Source: Methanobacteriota archaeon
GTDB lineage: Archaea > Thermoplasmatota > Poseidoniia > Poseidoniales > Poseidoniaceae
Length of the DNA stretch: 46,920 nt
Assembly: GCA_009937205.1 (NCBI GenBank)
Contig: JAACCR010000065.1
Location: forward strand, 1 to 46,920
Reading direction: 5' to 3'
Part shown: piece after piece, positions 17,267 through 26,996 of the stretch
Position numbering within the stretch: position 1 is the first letter of the stretch
Layout: each line of letters begins with the position of its first letter
Notes under the pieces: generated by a model
Database searches by the model: none
Seen by the model: the letters and a program-made list of their open reading frames with translations, nothing else
Told to the model about the DNA's origin: nothing
Made by a program: the position numbers and the translations under genes

Positions 17267-20128
17267 CTAATCTTCTAGCAATGCATCCATAGGATTCATT
17301 GACAATTCACTTGCGAGAGAGATTCCATCTCCGAAATCGATCCAGCTGCTTTCACCACGTATTTTTGCTCTAATGGAATGTTCTAGAGTAAATATTGCGG
17401 GAAGTAAGAATGCGCTGGTAAGGAAAGCAAAGAAAATTAGCATGCACATTATCATGAAGAAATTTTCGAGACCTGGGAATGCTGCTAAGAATCCCGCAGA
17501 TATACCTGCTATCGTAGTAAAAGTAGTCTCAAATATAGTCTGACCAGTTTCTTCTATAGAAGTGGCAATTCCATTAGGAGTCTCACCCTCCTCTTGTATT
17601 CTATGCATTACGTGAATAGAATCATCAACACCTATCCCAAACACGATAGTGCCTATCATAACTGTAAATATATTGATACTGACATCAGGGTTTTGCATCA
17701 GTAATGGTTGCCACAAGATTACCACTGCAACTGGAATCATGGAATAAAGTCCTAGTCTTATAGATCTAAAAACAAAGCACAACACGATAGTGAGAATAAT
17801 CAATGTGATAATAGTTGTTTGGTTTTGGGTATCATGTATGCCCTTATTGATATCAAGCGAGACTGGAAGTCCACCTGTAAGCAATGAAGTTCGTGTACCT
17901 TCCAAAGCTTGTTCTTCGGATAGCATTCCATCTATTTCGTCTCGTAGTTCACCAGCGACATTGAGATTCATATACGGTTGTGTAACATAGACGATAGCCT
18001 TGGTTCCAGCTTCATTGAGTAGCATTGATTTCACTTCATCGGTCAATGTATCAAAAACAACATTTACCATATCCTTTCTCAGCCCTTTGCGACCTTCAGG
18101 ACCAGTTAATTCTAATCCTAACCACACATTGCACTCTATTGGGTCATTACTCTCCCAGCAAGGCTCATGAAGTAAATCCCAAAGACTTCCTTCATACAGG
18201 GTCACTCCATCGGTTAGAGTGATTGTAGCGGGTATTGTTCTTAGGAATGTGATAATACTTGTTGTATTGGTTGAATCTATCGCATCTATGCGGTTTTCAA
18301 GTAAATCGATAGAATCTAATACGGGTAAATCTCTTATCTGATCTGTATTATTTTCATGAGTTCTATCCTCTGCATGATAGATAAATAGTGATGTCTGGCC
18401 ACTACCAAATTGTCTAGAATATTCTGCTAATGCATTTAGTGATTCAATACCGTCAGGTGCTTCGGATGAGCCAGTTATCGGCTCATTCATCTCATCCAGC
18501 GAAAGTAAACCGAGAGTAGTTACTGCTCCGGCTAACAAGATAATCATTAAGAATCCTTTAATCGGTATTTTGCTAATACCTCCCCATACTTGCGGATTAG
18601 TTCGTTTATGGAATTTCGTAAGCCACGCTAGTGTAGGTACCAAAATAATTGAGAAAATCAATGTGGAAATAATTCCTATCACCAATGTCAGTCCAACAGA
18701 ACGAATAGGAGTGATTGGAACTATTGTGGGTGCCATTAGTACAGAGAAACCGACGATAGTAGTCATCGCTGATAAGAATACAGCGACACCTGTAGATGAT
18801 GCCATCTCTAGGATACATTCCTTGTAAAAAGTAGCATCCCAAATATCGGGAACTTCTTCAGGAGGTTTTCCTTGCCTTCTCCTTCTTTCATTTTCATCGT
18901 TACAAGCGTCAATCCTTTTACGCCGAACTTCTTCTATTCTATTGACCATATGCAGCGCATAATCAACTCCTAAACCAATTAAGATTGGGAACGTTGCGAC
19001 TATCATAGGAGTAAGATGTACATCCATAATTACTGAAATTCCGAATGTTACAGCAAGGGCCATCATAATTGGTGTACCGGTAATGACAACAACCTTCAAA
19101 GAACGATGAATTGCCGAGATGAAAAGTATCGTGAAGAAAACAGACCATGGTAGTATCATAAGTAGGTCCTTGTAAATTTCTGCGGAAATATCTTCCAATA
19201 CCTTCGTTAGTCCTGTGACAGTCATTTCAGTATTTGTCATATCACTCGGCCTTGCATCGATTACATCTTGGAAATGGGCATGCAATTCATCGAAATTAGC
19301 ATAGTCATTAGTTACTTTTGGATTGGAATGCATACCAATTATAATCGCCGCAGTATCCCATATCCCATCACCATCTTGGTCGTTGGTATAATTACCATCA
19401 CCATCAGCATCCACAGTTGGGTCCATGTCGTTAGTGTCCTTGAAAAGTGCATCAAAACCCCCTTCTGATTCCTCAATAATCTGGTCGATTCTTGTTTGGT
19501 CAGGTATTGCATATTCGCCACCTCCAGGGAGATTACAATCGATTTGAATTGGTATCCTTGTATTAACCCCATGTTGGCATATAGAATTGTTGAAACGACC
19601 ATCTGCAGAATTTATTTCCTTGATAACTTGAGCGGGAGATATAATCCACAAGACACCATCATTTTCACCATGATCAATTTTATCATAATCAATTCCTCTA
19701 CCTGTGGAATCTCCACCAATATTATGGTCGTCACCTTCTACCCAACTTATTTCGCGAAGATAACTCTCAGAAGTTATATTTTCAACACTTTTGGTACTAA
19801 AGGCATTAGGGGTCTGGACATATATTATCGCAATATCAGTAGACCATTCCTTTTCGACTTCCAATAGTAATTTTGTTGATGGTGCGCCTTCGGGTAAAAA
19901 GATTTCAACATCATCCTCAATTTGGTCTTGAAAATCTAATCCCTGCTGAGCAAAAAATGCAGTTATTATCAGTAATAGAACAAGAACTGTCATAGGACTT
20001 GCAAGGACAGTTGAATACATGTCATCAAGTCTGCGCCTTGTTCCATTTGCAAGCGTTGCCCGAACCCTCCCAAGCGGTGAGAATCCAAGGGCATTATCTC
20101 CTTGGTCATCATCCGATACGCTTCCCAT
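17267..20128 (-). CDS. MMPL/RND family transporter
   Basis: Two 1+5 TM repeats with GLGVDYALH and GIGVDDSIH. A DxDxDG-rich insert lies in the first loop. Start placed at ATG 20128. Confidence 0.92.
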   Translation of the reverse strand: MGSVSDDDQGDNALGFSPLGRVRATLANGTRRRLDDMYSTVLASPMTVLVLLLIITAFFAQQGLDFQDQIEDDVEIFLPEGAPSTKLLLEVEKEWSTDIAIIYVQTPNAFSTKSVENITSESYLREISWVEGDDHNIGGDSTGRGIDYDKIDHGENDGVLWIISPAQVIKEINSADGRFNNSICQHGVNTRIPIQIDCNLPGGGEYAIPDQTRIDQIIEESEGGFDALFKDTNDMDPTVDADGDGNYTNDQDGDGIWDTAAIIIGMHSNPKVTNDYANFDELHAHFQDVIDARPSDMTNTEMTVTGLTKVLEDISAEIYKDLLMILPWSVFFTILFISAIHRSLKVVVITGTPIMMALAVTFGISVIMDVHLTPMIVATFPILIGLGVDYALHMVNRIEEVRRKRIDACNDENERRRRQGKPPEEVPDIWDATFYKECILEMASSTGVAVFLSAMTTIVGFSVLMAPTIVPITPIRSVGLTLVIGIISTLIFSIILVPTLAWLTKFHKRTNPQVWGGISKIPIKGFLMIILLAGAVTTLGLLSLDEMNEPITGSSEAPDGIESLNALAEYSRQFGSGQTSLFIYHAEDRTHENNTDQIRDLPVLDSIDLLENRIDAIDSTNTTSIITFLRTIPATITLTDGVTLYEGSLWDLLHEPCWESNDPIECNVWLGLELTGPEGRKGLRKDMVNVVFDTLTDEVKSMLLNEAGTKAIVYVTQPYMNLNVAGELRDEIDGMLSEEQALEGTRTSLLTGGLPVSLDINKGIHDTQNQTTIITLIILTIVLCFVFRSIRLGLYSMIPVAVVILWQPLLMQNPDVSINIFTVMIGTIVFGIGVDDSIHVMHRIQEEGETPNGIATSIEETGQTIFETTFTTIAGISAGFLAAFPGLENFFMIMCMLIFFAFLTSAFLLPAIFTLEHSIRAKIRGESSWIDFGDGISLASELSMNPMDALLED

Positions 20129-20185
20129 AGATAATGCGAGACGCAAGCCGCTGATGAACCATTCTCAATAAAGAGTGTGAAACAA

Positions 20186-21121
20186 TCAATCCAAGCCAAA
20201 TTCTCTAACAAGCAAATGTCGCAAGAATCCACGTGCACTCTGTAGTACAAGTCCGGTTGCCATTAGTGATAATCCTAATACTCCAATCCAAATAGCGGAA
20301 AGTCCAGGTCCGATAATACTGTCAAATTGAGTAGAAACTCCTCTAGCAGTGTTTAGCCCCATTGCTGCACCAGTTGCAAGTAACCCCATTCCAGGTATTC
20401 CAAGAACGAGTAGCGGTTTCTTTTGTGAAAGAGATAGCATTGCCCAAGTTAGTACAGTGAATCCATGTGACACAGCTGTGAAGTTACTTCCTTTTGGCAC
20501 ATCATACCTAATGACAGTTGGAATTTCCTTGATCAATAATTTCTTGTCATGAGCATCTTCCAGCATTTCAAGTGATAATTCCATTCCCTCTGAATCAAAC
20601 CTCAAACGGTCAAGGGCTGTTTTTGAGAATGCTCTAAATCCAGATTGAGTGTCTTTGATCCCCAAATCACTGGATAGATTAGAAGCAGCAGTAATCACTT
20701 TAATTCCCAATCGGCGATATGCAGGCATATCAGTTCCACCACCGCCATTAATGAATCTAGAACCAATTGTAAAATCAACTTCTCCATCAATTATTGGCTT
20801 CAATAATTTGGGGATGTCAGAAGTTTCATGTTGACCATCTGAATCCAGGACGACCAAAGCATCAGCATTCATTGCTCTTGCTTTTTGAAATAAACTCTGC
20901 AATGCACCGCCATATCCGCGATTAACTCTGTGACGATGGACAATTGCTCCGCATGTTTCAGCGATTTTTGCACTCGAATCCGATGACCCATCATCGATAC
21001 AAATAACGGCATCAACATATCGCAGTGCCATTGTAACAACAGTTCCAATGGTCTCTTCTTCGTTGTACATTGGCATGCCTGCAACTATGAATGGTTTAGT
21101 CTCTGCAGTAGCCGAAGACAT
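20186..21121 (-). CDS. Glycosyltransferase family 2 (polyprenyl-phosphate glycosyltransferase-like) with two C-terminal TMs
   Basis: MPMYNEE, IDDGSSDSS, NRGYGGA, LDSDGQH, IGSRF, DTQSGFRAF. Start uncertain (21121-21163). Confidence 0.92.
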   Translation of the reverse strand: MSSATAETKPFIVAGMPMYNEEETIGTVVTMALRYVDAVICIDDGSSDSSAKIAETCGAIVHRHRVNRGYGGALQSLFQKARAMNADALVVLDSDGQHETSDIPKLLKPIIDGEVDFTIGSRFINGGGGTDMPAYRRLGIKVITAASNLSSDLGIKDTQSGFRAFSKTALDRLRFDSEGMELSLEMLEDAHDKKLLIKEIPTVIRYDVPKGSNFTAVSHGFTVLTWAMLSLSQKKPLLVLGIPGMGLLATGAAMGLNTARGVSTQFDSIIGPGLSAIWIGVLGLSLMATGLVLQSARGFLRHLLVREFGLD

Positions 21122-21249
21122 AGTATTCACTACTAGTATCTGATTTTCGCCCATATTTAGCACTATTTGATAAATTGGTGGTTAATATTACATTAGAACT
21201 GCATGCATAGTAGGGCAATTATCATTTTTATATATTGTAATTGATAGTG

Positions 21250-21352
21250 GGCTCACCAAAGTTCCTCAGAAAATTGATGAGCAGAACCCTGCTATTGCAA
21301 GGTGAGTTTCAACGCATTGAAACTTGTCTCGACATTGGATAATGAGATGTCC
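21250..21352. other. Candidate structured intergenic RNA element
   Basis: AGTTTCAA-cgca-TTGAAACT (21305-21324), AGCAG-aacc-CTGCT (21280-21293), GACAT/ATGTC (21331-21351), CTCACC/GGTGAG (21252-21257/21301-21306). Confidence 0.35.
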
Positions 21353-21357
21353 GACTA

Positions 21358-21621
21358 TTAGCCCTGCATTTGAGATACAGTAGTAACAGCTCTTTCACCA
21401 TTCAATACTTTGTTTAAAGCATTCAATGAAATGATCAGCGGCACATAAGCCTGGCCATCACTTGTCACATAGGTTGAGCAATCTGCAAAAGCACTTGTGT
21501 TGATGCTTAATTTCAAAGCACCACCTGCATTACTTCTCCTAACATATCCTATTAGCGCACTGTTGCCAGTGTATTCTTCGTTCTCAGTTTCAGTCTTCTT
21601 TGTTTCAGTTTTTTTTACCAT
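21358..21621 (-). CDS. Small hypothetical protein
   Basis: 87-aa ORF with a protein-like core LIGYVRRSNAGGALKLSIN and an SD-like GGATGA upstream. Short KKTET duplication at the N-terminus. Confidence 0.8.
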   Translation of the reverse strand: MVKKTETKKTETENEEYTGNSALIGYVRRSNAGGALKLSINTSAFADCSTYVTSDGQAYVPLIISLNALNKVLNGERAVTTVSQMQG

Positions 21622-21759
21622 GTTTACACATCATCCATGCACATTTCTGTTGCACGGTAACTTCAACGAATCACCTTAATCCTCATAAAAGTCACTAATT
21701 ATTGCAAGGGAGGGTCAGGTCATCATTTGAAAACACTGATACATAGGGGGGAGTGAGGA

Positions 21760-22710
21760 ATGACCATGCGAGCGTTAGTTACCGGTGGGGCAGGATTCAT
21801 CGGCTCTCACTTAATTGACAGATTAGTTTCTAGAGGAGACACAGTGGTAGTTCTCGATAACTTGTCGAGTGGCAATCTAGATTTCATCCAAAATCATCTC
21901 GATTCAGGCAAGGTCTCATTGGTCAAAGGCGACGTCACAAATTATCAGGATGTTCTTTCAGCAATGAAGGGGATAGAATGCGTATTCCACTTAGCAGCAA
22001 ATCCAGATATTAGATTAGGAACAAAAATTACTGATACTGATTTGAAGCAAGGGACTATTGCTACATACAACATTGTTGAGGCTATGCGCATCAATGGAGT
22101 AAAGAAAATTGCCTTTGCTTCTTCTTCAGTTGTATATGGAGAAGATGCTCCAATGCCGACTCCAGAAAACCACGGTCCATGTTTGCCAATTTCACTATAT
22201 GGTGCAAGTAAACAAGCGGGTGAGGGATTAATTTCAAGTTGGGTTGGAACTTTTGGTTTACAAGCTTGGATTTTCCGCTTTGCCAACATCATTGGAACTA
22301 GAGGCACGCATGGTGTAATCTTTGATTTCATTCACAAACTAAAGTCAGACCCTTCTCGATTAGAAGTACTTGGTAATGGCTTACAAGAAAAGTCCTACAT
22401 GGAAGTTGGCGATTGTGTCGATGGCATCTTACATGTGATGAATAATACTGATCAGCAATTAAATCTGTACAACCTTGGTAGTCATGACACTGCATCTGTA
22501 AAAAGAATTGCAGAAATAGTGGTCGAAGAGACGGGTTGTGAAGGCGCTTCAATAGAATATACTGGTGGAGATCGAGGCTGGGCAGGAGATGTTCCGAGAG
22601 CGATGTTGGCAATCGACAAAATGTTGCAAATTGGCTTCGATGTAAATTATAATTCCGAAGATGCGATAAGGCATACGGCACGTGCACTGATTGAAGAAAT
22701 TGGTTTGTAA
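21760..22710 (+). CDS. NAD-dependent epimerase/dehydratase (UDP-glucose 4-epimerase-like extended SDR)
   Basis: TGGAGFIG, FHLAA, ASSSVVYG, YGASK, FRFANIIG. Confidence 0.93.
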   Translation: MTMRALVTGGAGFIGSHLIDRLVSRGDTVVVLDNLSSGNLDFIQNHLDSGKVSLVKGDVTNYQDVLSAMKGIECVFHLAANPDIRLGTKITDTDLKQGTIATYNIVEAMRINGVKKIAFASSSVVYGEDAPMPTPENHGPCLPISLYGASKQAGEGLISSWVGTFGLQAWIFRFANIIGTRGTHGVIFDFIHKLKSDPSRLEVLGNGLQEKSYMEVGDCVDGILHVMNNTDQQLNLYNLGSHDTASVKRIAEIVVEETGCEGASIEYTGGDRGWAGDVPRAMLAIDKMLQIGFDVNYNSEDAIRHTARALIEEIGL

Positions 22711-22728
22711 GTGAAAAACTGAGAGAAG

Positions 22729-23475
22729 GTGGATAACATGAAAATAAAATATGATGATAATGGCGATGCAAGAATGGATACAGCATTAACTGCGATTGCG
22801 ATATTCATAGCTGCAATTATGGTAATTAGTTTGACTACAAGTCCTGTTATAACTGGTACAAAAGAGGGTGATAGGGCACCTAATATCACTGGAAAGGCAT
22901 ACAATGGAAGTGGATGGCAGGATTTTGACTTACAGACATATTATGATTACGATTGGAGTTTAGAAAATAACAATACTACTGGAAGTCAATGGGTGATGAT
23001 CGAATTTTTGGATACCGATTGCCCTTTCTGTTTCAATGAGGCAAGAGAATATCAAGAAGCATCTCAATACTTTTCATCTGAAAATATAGAATCGCCTTGG
23101 ACCGGTCCGCATATCAGTTTCATTGCCAACGCAGCGGAACTTACTGGATTGAAGGGTCATGAATCTTCCCGAGAAGAAATCATGGCGTTTAGGGACAAGA
23201 CCTCGGGAGAGATGTGTAATGCTGGTAACCAAGATTGTTCAACAAGAGATGGTGCGCCATATTTTATTCCATTCATTGATGATTTAGATAAATCTAATAT
23301 GAATAAGTGGGATATCGGTGGTACACCTGCATATTTCTTGATACAACCAGATGGAATAGTTGCTTGGGCAAGTCATGAATCGGAAGAAACATTTCCTCAG
23401 GCCATATATAGAATCGTTAACGAAGAGTATATCATGGCACTCCATCCTCAAAACGATTCACAAGGAGATGAGTGA
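22729..23475 (+). CDS. Membrane-anchored redoxin (thioredoxin fold, CPFC)
   Basis: N-terminal TM, GDRAPN, IEFLDTDCPFC, GTPAYFLIQPDG. Confidence 0.85.
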   Translation: MDNMKIKYDDNGDARMDTALTAIAIFIAAIMVISLTTSPVITGTKEGDRAPNITGKAYNGSGWQDFDLQTYYDYDWSLENNNTTGSQWVMIEFLDTDCPFCFNEAREYQEASQYFSSENIESPWTGPHISFIANAAELTGLKGHESSREEIMAFRDKTSGEMCNAGNQDCSTRDGAPYFIPFIDDLDKSNMNKWDIGGTPAYFLIQPDGIVAWASHESEETFPQAIYRIVNEEYIMALHPQNDSQGDE

Positions 23476-24075
23476 ATGGAACTATTTGATTCAAATACAA
23501 TATTAGCCGTAATGGTAATTCCAATGGCATTAGGATTCCTCCTAATATCACCGATGGGTGAATCGTTGTCGGCTTCAATATCTGACAAGTTTCCATCTTT
23601 GAAAACATTGAGAGGAAGACTTCTAATGGGTTCTCTTCTAATTACATCTTCTGGATTCTTAGTTGCTTCTATGACGCTTTGGATATCCAATACAATCTCA
23701 GAAGGAGCAGGTTTCTGTGCAGTCGACAGCCTTTTTTCCTGCGATGATGTCATTGGTAATGATGAATTTAACAAAGTACCAATAATTGGCATCAGCTGGG
23801 CTTGGCTAGGAATTATTGTCTACACCTTTTTCTTATGGATCTTGATGAGTATCAACAAAGAACCTAATGCTGAATGGGTCGGTTCAAACATCAAGTTAGG
23901 ATTTATGGCTACAACATTAGGTCTCTTACCGATAATTTGGCTTATTTATGCTGAATTCCAAATGGGTAAGATATGTCCCTATTGTACTGCTGCACACATA
24001 GGAAACATTCTTCTGATTTACGGATTCTGGCAAATGGGTAAACTCTATGATTCCGGTGAATGGCATAAACAGTGA
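23476..24075 (+). CDS. Vitamin K epoxide reductase (VKOR) family protein
   Basis: Loop cysteines FCAVDSLFSCDDV, active-site ICPYCTAAH, multiple TMs. The ATG directly follows the redoxin stop. Confidence 0.9.
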   Translation: MELFDSNTILAVMVIPMALGFLLISPMGESLSASISDKFPSLKTLRGRLLMGSLLITSSGFLVASMTLWISNTISEGAGFCAVDSLFSCDDVIGNDEFNKVPIIGISWAWLGIIVYTFFLWILMSINKEPNAEWVGSNIKLGFMATTLGLLPIIWLIYAEFQMGKICPYCTAAHIGNILLIYGFWQMGKLYDSGEWHKQ

Positions 24076-24076
24076 A

Positions 24077-24346
24077 TCAAGGGATACAATCTCCATCAAA
24101 GTGTAAAGCATCAGTTTCGAGAACTGTTTCTTCCATACGAAGGACAGTAACATCAATTCGACCACTACCAGGATATGCTATCCTTAGTTCATGGAGAAGG
24201 CTTCTTTGAACATCTTGGTGATCCTCGCCGTACAGTATAGATAGATGGTGGATTTTTTCCCCATCTACCAAAGCGATGTATTCAACAACCCACTCTTTTG
24301 GAGGAGTCTCCCCCTCCCATGCTATATCTTCCCATGTTTCTTCCAT
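24077..24346 (-). CDS. Small acidic hypothetical protein
   Basis: 89-aa ORF filling the gap, with TTGAT 29 nt upstream. Confidence 0.7.
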   Translation of the reverse strand: MEETWEDIAWEGETPPKEWVVEYIALVDGEKIHHLSILYGEDHQDVQRSLLHELRIAYPGSGRIDVTVLRMEETVLETDALHFDGDCIP

Positions 24347-24415
24347 GTATTATAATCAGCAACCACACTTATCAACAATCCGGTGAAATGCATCACTAAT
24401 CGCCTTTATCCGGTA

Positions 24416-24432
24416 CTTATTACCGTAATAAG
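24416..24432. promoter_or_regulatory. Perfect 8-1-8 palindrome CTTATTAC-C-GTAATAAG
   Basis: Read directly from the intergenic sequence. Confidence 0.4.
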
Positions 24433-24454
24433 GTATGAATTCTGCAGTATCCAG

Positions 24455-25384
24455 TCACTTTTTCCTTCTAAGATTGTAGATCAATCCGCAACCAATGAAA
24501 ATAAAAGCAAAAACCAATAGCGAATTATCAACGTTACTTTGAGTAACTGGATAGGCTTTACTCTTAAATTCAACAATGCCAAAAGTTCCTGATGAACCAT
24601 TTTCAAGTTGTGAAGTAGTCGGCTCATGAATTAGCAATACGCTGAATACATCGTTCTCAGGAGAAAAGGTTACAGAAAAATCATCAACACAAGAAGTCGT
24701 TTCTGCAGATAACAGATTGATTTCAGAAGTTATTGTTGAACTACTTATGTCACATTCAGCAATTGCAGTAAGAACTCTATCTCTTGTATCTCCACCAGGG
24801 TTGTCAAACCCTTCAGGAACTATCTTTTCATGCTGAACTATCATAATTGTTAGCTGACCACTATTTATTGAACCATTGTCCACAACCTTTGCAGTTGCAG
24901 TCCAAGTATCATTATACTGTTGTAGATCCAGTTTCAGTTGTGTGTAAGTTTGACGTTTGACCTCTTCATTGAGAATATCCGAATTAACATCTGGCCAAGA
25001 GTCAGGTCCAATCCTAAGATTTCCAGACTCTACGATAAATGTTGGAGTTGAACCAATTTCTGGATGGGTTATCAATAGTCTATCTATTCTATTTTGAGCC
25101 GCAAGTGGTTGGAATGCATCCACATCATCACTTGGGTGGTATGCGACCATCGCAATTCTGGAGCCATGAGCGTATGCGAATTCCATCAAATATGGGTCTA
25201 TTTCAGCACAACTTGGGCACCAAGTTGCAGTGTATTCTTCGATTAGAATACTACGGCCACCGCTGACGCTGTATGTTTGAACTTGGGAATCAACAGAATC
25301 GCTTGCAACAATTGGTATTTGAACAGAGAGTAGCATGACAGAAATAATCGTAAATACGCTTAAGCGAGCATAATCGATTGCCAT
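24455..25384 (-). CDS. Secreted thioredoxin-fold (Omp28-like) protein with C-terminal TM anchor
   Basis: Signal peptide, LIEEYTATWCPSC, VAYHP, STPTF; C-terminal TM followed by RRKK. Confidence 0.82.
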   Translation of the reverse strand: MAIDYARLSVFTIISVMLLSVQIPIVASDSVDSQVQTYSVSGGRSILIEEYTATWCPSCAEIDPYLMEFAYAHGSRIAMVAYHPSDDVDAFQPLAAQNRIDRLLITHPEIGSTPTFIVESGNLRIGPDSWPDVNSDILNEEVKRQTYTQLKLDLQQYNDTWTATAKVVDNGSINSGQLTIMIVQHEKIVPEGFDNPGGDTRDRVLTAIAECDISSSTITSEINLLSAETTSCVDDFSVTFSPENDVFSVLLIHEPTTSQLENGSSGTFGIVEFKSKAYPVTQSNVDNSLLVFAFIFIGCGLIYNLRRKK

Positions 25385-25495
25385 CAAGCACCGCCACAAA
25401 GCCAAACCCCTTCATCTCTTTGTTTGACGTTGACTACGAGAGGAGAGTTCATCAAAGAGGGGTGGACGAGCATAACTTGAGCAGGAGGGGTTGTT

Positions 25496-26233
25496 ATGGC
25501 TGACCATTGGATTGAGAATCACAAACGTGACCCTTGGAGGCGTCAAGCCAAGGCCAGTGGATATAGGGCACGCTCAGCCTTTAAGCTCAAACAAATCCAA
25601 GAACGATTCAAGTTGATCGACAAGGGTGACGTTATTCTTGATGTCGGATGTTTTCCTGGTGGCTGGACTCAAGTTGCATTAGAACTTGTAGGAGAGGAAG
25701 GAGATGTTGTGGGTGTTGACCTTGACCCATGCCAACCGATTGAGGGGGCAGCTCTTCTAGTGGGTGATATCACAGATCCACATACACAAGATAGAGTTCT
25801 TGAATATCTAAATGGGCGACAACTTAACAGCATTATTTCAGATATTTCACCAAATATTACTGGCAAATGGGATATGGATCAAGCAATTGCTATGACTTTA
25901 GTTACAGAAGTATTTGATTTCGCTTTGCCATTTTTGTGTAAAGGTGGACATTTCGTAACAAAATTATTCCAAGGAGTTGGTGTTGAAGAATTGATAAATG
26001 CGGTGAGACCACATTTCTAGGATGTCAGGAGACATTCACCTCACGCAAGTAGAAACTCATCCTCAGAAGTGTATTTGATTTGCCGAAGATACCAACCTTG
26101 GGCTGTCGCTGATGTAAATATCAGTGATACTTATGAATTTGAATTAAATAAAAAACTCAGTGGAGAAGATATCGCAGATGGTCCAGAAATAATACAATCA
26201 TCATTCTCTGTCCGTAAAAAGAAAGCCGACTGA
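25496..26233 (+). pseudogene. rlmE: 23S rRNA 2'-O-methyltransferase RlmE/FtsJ with in-frame TAG at 26018-26020
   Basis: YRARSAFKL, DVGCFPGGWTQ, SDISPN and TKLFQG lie before the TAG. The same frame continues DVRRHSPHASRNSSSEVYLIC...KKKAD to TGA 26231-26233. Identity is secure; functional status is unresolved. Confidence 0.9.
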
Positions 26234-26339
26234 ATCTCGTTTACAGTTATGATTTCGCTTAATGAGAACAACTTGCAATGTAATCATCAGCATAACATAT
26301 GCATTTGATTGATAAACATTGAATAAATCTCATTATTTT

Positions 26340-26687
26340 ATGGCTGAGATCAATAGGATACATCCAAAGGAGCAAATGCGCCAAATGTCAGCAAGACAAA
26401 TGGTCGCAGATTTAAGAGCGAATAGGGCAATTGGAAGAATAGAATTGGTAGTTCTTAGGGTCTATCCACGAAGAATGGTTTCAACTTCTCGCTACACAGG
26501 TCCAGTTGCTGCTGCATGCGGTAGGGATGAAAGTGGCTTAGTGGGCATTGTTCTATGGGATGAGCAAGTAAAAAATGTGCAAATCGGGGACATCATTCGC
26601 ATAGAATCTGGCTGGTGTCGGGAAAGAGAGGGCGAACTTGTGGTTAGTTCGGGTAAAAATGGTAGGCTAACAGTCATCGACCGCTAG
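26340..26687 (+). CDS. Single OB-fold ssDNA-binding protein (SSB/RPA-like)
   Basis: GRDESGLVGIVLWDEQVKNVQIGDIIRIESGW matches the archaeal SSB DETG.I...LW pattern. ATG 26340 has TTGAT at -31. Confidence 0.82.
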   Translation: MAEINRIHPKEQMRQMSARQMVADLRANRAIGRIELVVLRVYPRRMVSTSRYTGPVAAACGRDESGLVGIVLWDEQVKNVQIGDIIRIESGWCREREGELVVSSGKNGRLTVIDR

Positions 26688-26782
26688 GATAGAAATCGTT
26701 TTTGGTGGAGAGTTTTGGCCTTTTTGTCACGCAACCATAAAGAAGGGGAGGGCGTGGGCGACTTTGTTCCTGAGGAGTAATT

Positions 26783-26986
26783 ATGACTGAGAGAGCTAAG
26801 AACTGTACAGCGTCCGGTGTGCCATTGGCAGAAACCGGTTCAACTTCATTCCCTTGCCCAGGTTGTATCATACAATCTGAGAAGGGAGATACCATTACAA
26901 CTCCTACTATTATTGGCCGTAGCCCAAGATGTCGAAATCAAGGGGTTCTATACAACTGCCCGACATGTGGACATCAAGGTCCTTGA
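26783..26986 (+). CDS. Zinc-ribbon protein DUF1610 (HVO_2753-like)
   Basis: CTASG...FPCPGC...IGRSPRCRNQGVLYNCPTCGHQGP; usual position upstream of EF-1beta. Confidence 0.88.
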   Translation: MTERAKNCTASGVPLAETGSTSFPCPGCIIQSEKGDTITTPTIIGRSPRCRNQGVLYNCPTCGHQGP

Positions 26987-26996
26987 GGTGATTTGA

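Noticed and set aside
21270..21325. Hammerhead ribozyme or C/D box RNA suggested by TGATGA followed by a hairpin
   Set aside because: No CUGANGA...GAAA core arrangement and no matching CTGA D box at a suitable distance.
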